A stretch of DNA of 64,000 nt from a bacterium. GTDB taxonomy: Bacteria > UBA10199 > 2-02-FULL-44-16 > JAAZCA01. The position numbers and the translations under genes are program-made. The notes under the pieces are model-generated. The model saw nothing but the letters and a program-made list of their open reading frames with translations, ran no database searches and had not been told where the DNA came from. Location: the NCBI GenBank assembly GCA_963674695.2, contig CAXXGI010000001.1, positions 416,001-480,000 on the forward strand, given 5' to 3'. Shown piece after piece: positions 20,715 through 28,797 of the stretch (position 1 is the first letter of the stretch; the number at the start of each line of letters is the position of its first letter).

Positions 20715-23700
20715 TTAAAACGCCGCGCCCAACGTCAGGATGAAGATACCGTCCTTGATGCTCTGACCGAAGATCGGGTCGGTGAGCGCCGCGACGCGAC
20801 CGCGGTTGAGGACGATGATGGCATAGCCGATGCGACCGTGGATGGGAAGGCCATGGCCGACGATGAAGTTCCCGCGCAGCTCGGCGCCGACGCCGAGCAG
20901 AAATTCGTCGAAGAAGGTGTTCAAGGAATCGCAGCCACCCTCATGCGCATTCCAGGCGTTGCCGTAATCGGCAAAGACCGCCGCGCTGATGTCCTTCAAG
21001 AAGAACGGCGCGGTGCCGAGACCGAATTGCGGCTCGACGAGCGGAAAGCGATACTCGCCCGAGAAGAGCATGGCACGTGTCCGCGAGAGCGCTGATACCG
21101 GAAGGCCGCGCAGGGGAAAGTAATTGTAGGTTCCGCCGCCGCCGAAGTTCCCCTCGCCGAGCGCACCACCCATACCGAAGGTTCCCTGCACGAGTCGATC
21201 GCCCCAGGTCATACCGCCGGCAGCGCGAAGGGCAAAGACCGTCATCCAGGGGAGTTTGATGAATTCGCGCCAGTCGCCGGAGAAGATCACCTGCTCGTTG
21301 CGATCGCCGGAACCAAAGTATTTATTCTGGACGATCGTCGTGAGCCGAATATCGCGCCCGTTCTCGCGGCTGATCGACGCGGGATACCGCTCGGTGTCGC
21401 GATAGTTGTACTTGAAACGAAGACCGGCGAAGTGACCGAGGTTGAGCACCGCTCGCTCCGCCGCCGTGAGCTTGGTCTTCGGCATGTGGTCTTCGAAGAA
21501 GTAGGCGACCTGGAAGCCGTGACTCCCCCAGGGGACACCCACCGAGGCCGCGACCGCGCGACGTTTTTCATAGAAGTGAACGGTGCGCGAGAGCGTCGGG
21601 GTCACAGAATTGACAAACGAGATCATACCGAAATCGACGGCGTAGTCGGCCAGAATCACGCTGAAGACCGGCCGATACCGGCTGTACCAGTATTGCAAGC
21701 TGTAGCCGAGATGCCGCGCATCGACGCGATAGTTGAGCGAGGCCAGCCAGTTGTGCCAACGCAGCACATCCGCACCGCCGGTCATGATCGAAGCGAAGAC
21801 CGTGTCACTCGTATAGGCGACGTTGGGCAGAACAAAGCGCGGAAGGAAGAGCGACTGCCCGAAGGCGACGTACTTCTCGACCGGATACTTCTTGAATCCC
21901 GTCGCTCCGAGCGAGGCCGTGCCGATTCCTGCCGGATCGGGGACGCCCTTTCCGCCCCCCGTCGGGCGACTGTCGTCGCCGAGCTGAAAGTGCTTCGGAT
22001 AGGTACTGCCGGAGCCACCGTAGAGACCGAGGCCCGCATCGCCGACCGCCTTGCCCTTGCATCGCTCAAGATCATGATCGGCCGGGCGCACCCAGGTCCC
22101 AAAGCGCGCGATGACGAGACCATCCGGGGTATAGTATTCGCCCACAATCCCCGCGCCGACGGCCGTCGTCGGCTGGAAGGCACCGCTCACGACGTTCGTG
22201 ATACGGCAGGGCTTGCGCTCGCCGTGCGCGGAGACGCGATAGAAGTTGGAGATCCCCGTCTCGTCCGAGGAGTAGATGACGTCATTGCCATCCGGCGCCC
22301 AGACCGGATGGGCCTCGATGACGAGCCCGCGCGTCTTCGTCAACCGAACGGGATTGGTGCCATCGATATTGAGGCGGTAGATGCGCCAACCGTGGTCCGG
22401 CTGCCACATGGAAACGACGATGAAGCGTCCGCAGGGAGAGACGCGCGGATTAGCAAACTGCGTATGCGGCGCCACGTTCGGCGTGAGCAGGGTCACATCG
22501 CGCGTCTTGACATCGATGCGATTCAGGGTGTCGGTACTGCCATCCCCCTTCACGAAGATGAGGTTCTTCCCATCCGGCGTAAAATCCGGATCGCGCGCGC
22601 GCTGCCCAACGGTGAGGCGCCGAAAACGCTGCTTACGCTTTTTCGCATCGCGGTCATAGATCCAGAGGTCGTAGAACTTATAATAGCGTTTATACCCGCC
22701 CATCTTGGAGTAGGCGATTGTGCGCCCATCCGGACTGAAGGAGAACTGGTTCGCCGCAACCTTCTTCTTGATGCGTTCATCCTCGCCCGTCTCGATATTG
22801 TAGAGGTGCATCTCCGGCGGACCGAAGGGCGATGTCTGCGTATAGACGAGCTCGCGTCCATCGCGCGAGAGCGTCGGCGACCAATACCGCCGCTGCTCCT
22901 TCACCGGCACGAGCGTCTCAGCGGGGGTAACGCCCTCGGCGGTGAGCGCCGCATCGACAGCGGCAAACCGTTTCAGGAGGTGCCGCTTCCACTCCATCCA
23001 GAGTTCGTAGAAGGTCTTGCCGTAGACCTGGCGCGCCTGATGATTGATCATGGCCAGCATGATCGAGCGACGCACGCGCCCATCGAACTCCATGAAGCGA
23101 TCTTCGCCATAGGTGCTGATCAACCACTCGACGAATTCGATGCCATAGAGGTAGGCCGCGGCGTATCCGGGCCATTTCCAACTCAGGCCGTCGGCGAAAC
23201 TGATCGGGGGAAAACTATCCGAGAGGATCGCGGTGCGAATGGCCATCTCGCTGTAGGAGCCGCGCCCGCGCCCGCCCTTGGTGAAGACCGTCTCATCCCA
23301 CTGGGCGATTCCCTCGCGCAACCAGGTCGGGCTGATCCCGGAAGGGCTCACGGTCTTACCCAGGAGCACGCGCACCGGCCACCAGATGCCACCGAAGGCG
23401 TCGATCTGGACGATGTGCGTAAATTCGTGGACGAGCAACATCCGCAGCCAGTCATCATAGTGCGCCAGCGACGAATCGGGACTGGGCGGTACGGTATAGA
23501 TGATCATCCAGTTATACGGGAGCACGGCCGCCATGCCGTTGGAATCGTCGGTGCGATCGGTCAGGACCACCTCGGTGTAGCTCCAGGGCTTGCGCCCCCA
23601 CTTCTCAGTAACCAGGGGGAAGACCTCTTCGAGGATGTTGGCGGATTTCTGGGCGATAGGCTCAATCCGCTCGGGAAAGCGGATGCGAAAGTGCGGCGTC

Positions 23701-23837
23701 TTGATCGTCTTCCAATCGACCGACGGATCGAACGACGCCGCGCGCACCGGCGCCGCGGCCAGAAGCACCGCAACCACCGAAAAAACAAGCAGAAATGTCC
23801 GGAGCAACCCCCGAGCGCAATGCCACATAGCGCGCAT
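20715..23837 (-). CDS. Omp85/BamA-TamA-type barrel with N-terminal zincin-like domain and TolB-like beta-propeller
   Basis: HEFTH + WLREGIA, repeated SPDG/TPDG blades, FPLRG, EYRFPL, FADYGNAW, terminal Phe. Confidence 0.85.
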   Translation of the reverse strand: MRAMWHCARGLLRTFLLVFSVVAVLLAAAPVRAASFDPSVDWKTIKTPHFRIRFPERIEPIAQKSANILEEVFPLVTEKWGRKPWSYTEVVLTDRTDDSNGMAAVLPYNWMIIYTVPPSPDSSLAHYDDWLRMLLVHEFTHIVQIDAFGGIWWPVRVLLGKTVSPSGISPTWLREGIAQWDETVFTKGGRGRGSYSEMAIRTAILSDSFPPISFADGLSWKWPGYAAAYLYGIEFVEWLISTYGEDRFMEFDGRVRRSIMLAMINHQARQVYGKTFYELWMEWKRHLLKRFAAVDAALTAEGVTPAETLVPVKEQRRYWSPTLSRDGRELVYTQTSPFGPPEMHLYNIETGEDERIKKKVAANQFSFSPDGRTIAYSKMGGYKRYYKFYDLWIYDRDAKKRKQRFRRLTVGQRARDPDFTPDGKNLIFVKGDGSTDTLNRIDVKTRDVTLLTPNVAPHTQFANPRVSPCGRFIVVSMWQPDHGWRIYRLNIDGTNPVRLTKTRGLVIEAHPVWAPDGNDVIYSSDETGISNFYRVSAHGERKPCRITNVVSGAFQPTTAVGAGIVGEYYTPDGLVIARFGTWVRPADHDLERCKGKAVGDAGLGLYGGSGSTYPKHFQLGDDSRPTGGGKGVPDPAGIGTASLGATGFKKYPVEKYVAFGQSLFLPRFVLPNVAYTSDTVFASIMTGGADVLRWHNWLASLNYRVDARHLGYSLQYWYSRYRPVFSVILADYAVDFGMISFVNSVTPTLSRTVHFYEKRRAVAASVGVPWGSHGFQVAYFFEDHMPKTKLTAAERAVLNLGHFAGLRFKYNYRDTERYPASISRENGRDIRLTTIVQNKYFGSGDRNEQVIFSGDWREFIKLPWMTVFALRAAGGMTWGDRLVQGTFGMGGALGEGNFGGGGTYNYFPLRGLPVSALSRTRAMLFSGEYRFPLVEPQFGLGTAPFFLKDISAAVFADYGNAWNAHEGGCDSLNTFFDEFLLGVGAELRGNFIVGHGLPIHGRIGYAIIVLNRGRVAALTDPIFGQSIKDGIFILTLGAAF

Positions 23838-23896
23838 AAACTATCGGAATTCATCACGAATCACAACTTCTTTTGTGTGGCAAGGCAGACGCCCCT

Positions 23897-24180
23897 TCGT
23901 CACTGCGCTGAAGCATCCTTCCCTTCGTCGTAGGGCGCGCTTCGCTCGCTACCCCTTGCACACAATCCGTTGTCTTCATCGGTATTGAGGATCCTCCTCC
24001 GTCGGCTCTCAATACCGTGAAGCCAATCGGATTTTGTGCTTCGGGATACGCTCGTCTCGCAAACGCGCCTTTATACTCCTCCGGGAAGGATGCTTCAGCG
24101 CAGTGACGACGAGAGATCCCCTCCAAACACACTGTCGGACTTTTATCTCACCACTCGGCCTTCCCGACGACGTGTTTTTC
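23897..24180. repeat. Module B (inverted relative to the 17960 copy) followed by the right end and tail of arm A
   Basis: 27-bp perfect stem tcgtcactgcgctgaagcatccttccc with its complement; core is nearly the reverse complement of 17980-18153. Confidence 0.95.
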
Positions 24181-24182
24181 GA

Positions 24183-24875
24183 TTATTCTTTCATCGCCCA
24201 TCGGGCGGTGGCTTTGGCGTGGATGCGCGTCGTGTCGAAGAGCGGGATCGAGACGTGTTGTTGTTGGATGAGGAGCGGAATTTCGGTGCACCCGAGGATG
24301 AGCCCTTCGGCGCCGCGCCCGACCAGGCCTTCGATGATGTGCATGAATGAATCGCGCGAACGCTCGACGATTCTGCCGTGCACGAGTTCCTCGAAGATCA
24401 CCTTGTGGACGAACTGTCGTTCCTCCTCCTCGGGGATCATGATTTCAATGCCGTGCGATTGCATGGACTCCTGATAGAATCCATCCTCCATCGTGAAGGC
24501 GGTCCCCAGGAGGGCAATCCGTTTGAGCTTCTGCTTCGTAATCGCCGCAGCGGTCGCCTCGACGATATGCAGGAGGGAAATGTCGACCGCATCTTCAACC
24601 GTTCGCGCCACTTTGTGCAGGCTGTTCGAACCGATCACGAGGAGATCGGCCCCGCCCGCTTCCAGCCGCTTCGCCTCGACGATCAACTGACGCGCAATCT
24701 CGTCCCAATTTCCCGCCACCGCCAGCGCCACCAACGGATCGAAGTCGACGCTCGACAGCAGCAGGGGCGCCGAATGATGGCCGCCTTTCACTTCGGCGAC
24801 GACTTCATTGATGATGCGATAATAATCGATCGTCGACTGCCAACCCACTCCACCGATCATGCCGATCCGTTTCAT
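24183..24875 (-). CDS. Aspartate/glutamate racemase family protein (RacX/YgeA-like)
   Basis: IGMIGGVGWQSTIDYY, LLGTAFTM, ILGCTEIPLL, FDTT.IHA. Confidence 0.92.
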   Translation of the reverse strand: MKRIGMIGGVGWQSTIDYYRIINEVVAEVKGGHHSAPLLLSSVDFDPLVALAVAGNWDEIARQLIVEAKRLEAGGADLLVIGSNSLHKVARTVEDAVDISLLHIVEATAAAITKQKLKRIALLGTAFTMEDGFYQESMQSHGIEIMIPEEEERQFVHKVIFEELVHGRIVERSRDSFMHIIEGLVGRGAEGLILGCTEIPLLIQQQHVSIPLFDTTRIHAKATARWAMKE

Positions 24876-24902
24876 ATCGCCTCCCCTCTCGAAGACATCA
24901 TC

Positions 24903-25247
24903 CGGCAGTGTGAGCGGAGGGGATATCTTCTGATCATGATCCAACCGGGTAAAATATTTTGTATGTGCGCCTCGTGGAGAGAACCGTTTTGGCCTGCGAA
25001 GACCCGCTGGTTGAGATCGGAGATCTCAATTCCGAGTGCTGTCTGAGCCCGCCAAAAATATGATGCGCTCTTATTCCGCTGGCGGGCGAGTTCACGAGGA
25101 AAAGCGGGTCGAGTCAGATGCCAAAACGTGTGAACGGAGCGGAAGCGCACATACAAGATATTTTACCCGGTTGGATCATGACATCCCCTCCAAACACACT
25201 GCCGAACTTTTGTCTCACCACTCGGCCTTACCGACGACGTGTTTTTC
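24903..25247. repeat. Outer arms A enclosing a different branched inner module C, plus tail
   Basis: cggcagtgtg...atgatccaaccgggtaaaatattttgtatgtgcgc / gcgcacatacaagatattttacccggttggatcat...cacactgccg. Confidence 0.95.
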
Positions 25248-25289
25248 AATCACCTCTCCATCGCCACATCGTTCCACGAGGAGGACTTC

Positions 25290-27386
25290 TCATAGGATCA
25301 ATCGGCCGACCTGGTTGACGAGGAGGACGACGAGGTAGGCGAGTGCGGTGAGGCCGAAGAATTGCAGGAGCGCCCAGCGAATGCTGCCGGACTCGCGCCA
25401 GGTGACCGCGACGGTCGCCATGCAGGGGGTGGCGATGAGGCAGAAGAGGATGACGCAGAGACCGGTGAGCGGCGTATAGCGCCGCTGCAGACGTCTGATG
25501 AGCGAGCCCCGATCGGTATCGGCATCACCGATAGAAAAGATAATGGAGAGTTGCGAGACGAAGACCTCCTTGGCGGCGAACGCCCCGAGAAGCGCGGTGT
25601 TGATCCGCCAATCGAATCCCAGGGGCTTTGTCACGACCTCCATCGCGTGCCCGACGCGCCCGGCGATGGAATAGCGCAGGTCCTCCGCGGCGTGTGCACG
25701 CGCGATCGCCTGCGGCATAGCCCGTCCGCCCCCCTCCACCCACTCGTCCATCGTGTATGTCTTCGGTTTTGGGAACGACGTGAACACCCACATGATGATC
25801 GAGATCAGAAGAATCACCGTTCCGGCCTTGCGCAGATACATCCAGGACCGCTGCCACATATGCAGAACAATCCCCTTGAGCGTCGGCATGCGATACGGCG
25901 GCAGCTCCATGACAAACGGCGTGGACTCGCCGCGCAGGAGTGTGGAGCGCAGGAGACGCACGACGAGCACCGCGAGCAAAACGCCCGTGAGGTAGATCAG
26001 CCAGAGCACGCGCGCGCGCCACACCTCCGGAAAGAACGCGGGGATGAAGAGGGCATAGATGGGGAGCCTCGCGCCGCAACTCATGAGCGGGATGACCATC
26101 ATCGTGGCGAGCCGATCGCGCCGATTTTCGAGCGTACGCGTGGCCATGATGGCCGGGACCGAACAGCCGAATCCCACGAGCATCGGGATGAAGGATTTCC
26201 CGTGCAGGCCGATGCGGTGCATGAGCCGATCCATGATGAAGGCGACGCGCGCCATGTAACCGGTGTCCTCGAGAAGCGCGATGCCGAGAAAGAGCAGAAC
26301 GATGTTGGGCAGAAAGATCACCACGCCGCCGACGCCGCCGATGACGCCGTCGATGACGAGCGACTTGAGCGGGCCGTCCGGCCAATGGGTGCTCAAGAAA
26401 GAGGCCAACCACCCGAAACCCGAGTCGAGCCACTCCATCGGCGCCTGGCCGAGCGTAAAGGTCATCCAAAAGACGAGGTACATGAAGCCGAGAAAGATCG
26501 GAATGCCGAGCATGCGATGGGTGAGCAGATCGTCGATCCGATCGGAGAGCCAGCGGCGCGTGTTGGCCTCCTGCCGCAGGATCTCGCGATAGAGCCCTGC
26601 CGCGAACCCATACTGCCGCTCGGCGATGAAGACCGCGAGCGCGTCGCCATGGTGCCCCTCCATCCGACGGCGCAGCTGCGCGGAAAAAGAAAGGATGCGC
26701 ATCGACTGCGCGGGAAAGCGCTTGCGCACGAGGTGCTTGATCTCCTCATCCTCTTCGAGCAACCGGATGGCCGCCCACCGATCCTCATAGGGCGCGAGCT
26801 TTCCCGCACCGGCCGCGCGCAGGCGCGCCTCCATATCGTCGATGAGCCCGCCGAGTTCATCGCCATAATCCAGATCGATCTGGGAAGCGGGTTTTTGCGC
26901 CGCACGCCCAATGGCATTTTTGAGTTCATGCAGACCGACGCCCTTGCTGCCGACGGTCTCGACGACCTCGCAGCCGAGCCGCTCGGCGAGGATGTCCAGA
27001 TCCAAGACCTGACCGGCCGCGCGCGCGCGATCGGTCATGTTGAGGACGAGCACCAGGCGCACGCCTATCTCCACGAGCTGCGCGACGAGATAGGCATGGC
27101 GCTCGAAGTTGGTGGCATCGATCACATCGACGACGACATCGGGCCGCTCCTGGATGAGAAAGTCGCGCGCCACGCGTTCGTCGAGCGAGGCCGCCGAAAG
27201 GCTATAGGTGCCGGGCAGGTCGACGACGTTCACTTCCACACCCTTGTGGGTATACTCCCCTTCCTTTTTTTCCACCGTCACGCCCGAATAGTTTCCGACG
27301 TGCTGATGCGTTCCGGTCAGCGCGTTGAAGATGGTGGTCTTGCCCGAGTTTGGATTTCCCGCGATGGCGACGGTGAGGTGATTCAT
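25290..27386 (-). CDS. feoB: Ferrous iron transport protein B
   Basis: GNPNSGKTT, VGNYSGVTVEKK, DLPGTYSL, GFGCSVPAIMATR, MSCGARLP. Confidence 0.97.
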   Translation of the reverse strand: MNHLTVAIAGNPNSGKTTIFNALTGTHQHVGNYSGVTVEKKEGEYTHKGVEVNVVDLPGTYSLSAASLDERVARDFLIQERPDVVVDVIDATNFERHAYLVAQLVEIGVRLVLVLNMTDRARAAGQVLDLDILAERLGCEVVETVGSKGVGLHELKNAIGRAAQKPASQIDLDYGDELGGLIDDMEARLRAAGAGKLAPYEDRWAAIRLLEEDEEIKHLVRKRFPAQSMRILSFSAQLRRRMEGHHGDALAVFIAERQYGFAAGLYREILRQEANTRRWLSDRIDDLLTHRMLGIPIFLGFMYLVFWMTFTLGQAPMEWLDSGFGWLASFLSTHWPDGPLKSLVIDGVIGGVGGVVIFLPNIVLLFLGIALLEDTGYMARVAFIMDRLMHRIGLHGKSFIPMLVGFGCSVPAIMATRTLENRRDRLATMMVIPLMSCGARLPIYALFIPAFFPEVWRARVLWLIYLTGVLLAVLVVRLLRSTLLRGESTPFVMELPPYRMPTLKGIVLHMWQRSWMYLRKAGTVILLISIIMWVFTSFPKPKTYTMDEWVEGGGRAMPQAIARAHAAEDLRYSIAGRVGHAMEVVTKPLGFDWRINTALLGAFAAKEVFVSQLSIIFSIGDADTDRGSLIRRLQRRYTPLTGLCVILFCLIATPCMATVAVTWRESGSIRWALLQFFGLTALAYLVVLLVNQVGRLIL

Positions 27387-28066
27387 GCGCCCCCTTCAAC
27401 CGGTTCGACGGCGATGGTGGCGGCCTCCTTCTTCCGAAGGGAGACGCTCGCCCCCTTGATGCGAATCTCGAGGGGATCGCCGAAGGGCGCGGCGCGCTGA
27501 ACGGATACCTCAGCACCGCAGACGACCCCCATCTCGATGAGTCGGCGACGCAGCCCCCCACACCCCATGATGCCCACCACGCGCACGGTCCGGCCGGGCT
27601 CGACCTCGTCCAGGGTGAGCATCTGTTCGAGGACCCTGGTGCGCCCTCGACCGCGGCCACGGCGATGCCCCCGGCAGGGGATCTCGTCGCACTCCGCGAG
27701 TTCATCCAGATACGCCGACAGCGCCACCACCGTCTTGTCGCTCACCAGGTGTTCGATGGCGCAGGCATCGCGCTCGGCCACCGGCTCATCGATATCGAGC
27801 ACGCCGACGAGCAGGTGTTTGAAGAGCGCATGTCGATTGGCGGTGCGCAGCGCAATCTTGCGTCCTGCAGGGGTAAGCGCAATGGCATTGGAGCGATCGT
27901 GTCGCACCAGGCCCTGTTTTTCCAAACGCTTCATCGCCCCGGTCACCGAAGGCATCGAGACGTTGCGGTGCGCCGCGATATCGCTCACGCGCGCGCCGCC
28001 CCCGAGACCACCGATCTCGATGATCGATTCGAGGTAATCCTCTTGACTGGGGGAGATCTCCGGCAT
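27383..28066 (-). CDS. DtxR/MntR-family metal-dependent repressor with C-terminal FeoA domain
   Basis: QEDYLESI, HTH DIA...SVT, ACAIEH; C-terminal RRLIEMG...APFGDP. Confidence 0.92.
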   Translation of the reverse strand: MPEISPSQEDYLESIIEIGGLGGGARVSDIAAHRNVSMPSVTGAMKRLEKQGLVRHDRSNAIALTPAGRKIALRTANRHALFKHLLVGVLDIDEPVAERDACAIEHLVSDKTVVALSAYLDELAECDEIPCRGHRRGRGRGRTRVLEQMLTLDEVEPGRTVRVVGIMGCGGLRRRLIEMGVVCGAEVSVQRAAPFGDPLEIRIKGASVSLRKKEAATIAVEPVEGGA

Positions 28067-28076
28067 ATGGACTCCA

Positions 28077-28098
28077 TTAGTTAGCCGAGCCTAACTAA
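28077..28098. promoter_or_regulatory. DtxR/MntR-type operator palindrome
   Basis: TTAGTTAG-ccgagc-CTAACTAA, 10 bp upstream of the repressor start, between divergent genes. Confidence 0.8.
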
Positions 28099-28140
28099 CG
28101 GAGAAGACCCATTAGGTCAACAGGAAACCGAGGAGAAACG

Positions 28141-28746
28141 ATGACGAAACGCGACCGGACCATCCGCTTTTTTGACGAACGTGCCCACGACTGGGAGAAG
28201 CGGCACACACCGCCCTCCCCGGAACGTCTCGATGAAGTCGTCGCGCTGGCAAACCTCGCTGCTGAATCGACGGTCGTCGATATCGGCTGCGGCGTGGGGG
28301 TGCTGATCCCAGCACTGCTGGGAGCCATGGGAGATTCGGGACGCATCGTCGCCGTCGACCCCGCCCCGCGCATGATCGAGGGACTCTGCGCCCGCCACCC
28401 CGACCCCCGCATCGAGACACGCGTGGAGACGCTTGAAGAGAACACCATCCCGCAAGAAAGCGCCGATGCGATCATCTGCTTCTCCTGCTTTCCGCACATG
28501 CACGATCAGCAACAGGCAATCGCGAGTGCCGCGCGCATCCTCAAACCCGGGGGTCGCCTCGTCATCGCCCACTTCTCAAGCCGCGCAGAGATCAACGACT
28601 TTCATACCACGGCCCACGCCGAGGTGAGCGCCCACACGCTCCCCGACCGTGCAGAGATGGAGCAGATGATCCGGAACGCGGGACTTGCGCCCACGCATTT
28701 TATCGACGAACCCGGACGCTATGAAATCGTTGCGATCAAACGCTAA
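28141..28746 (+). CDS. Class I SAM-dependent methyltransferase
   Basis: VVDIGCGVG, DAIICFSCFPH, LKPGGRLVIAH. Confidence 0.9.
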   Translation: MTKRDRTIRFFDERAHDWEKRHTPPSPERLDEVVALANLAAESTVVDIGCGVGVLIPALLGAMGDSGRIVAVDPAPRMIEGLCARHPDPRIETRVETLEENTIPQESADAIICFSCFPHMHDQQQAIASAARILKPGGRLVIAHFSSRAEINDFHTTAHAEVSAHTLPDRAEMEQMIRNAGLAPTHFIDEPGRYEIVAIKR

Positions 28747-28797
28747 AAAAAGGCGGAGCCTTTCGGCCCCGCCTCGCATCCCCCATCCCTTTTCCGA

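Noticed and set aside
17893-25247. Self-cleaving ribozyme (hammerhead or HDV-like) within the rod elements
   Set aside because: No CUGANGA/GAAA core found by eye, and the cctcctccg motif sits in a simple hairpin loop without the HDV pseudoknot.
24116-25247. Integron attC cassette
   Set aside because: No RYYYAAC/GTTRRRY boundaries and no integrase in the window.
17838-25338. Short ORFs similar to one another (e.g. 17838-18053, 23854-24132, 24872-25156)
   Set aside because: Their similarity comes from the palindromic repeats; nothing supports coding.
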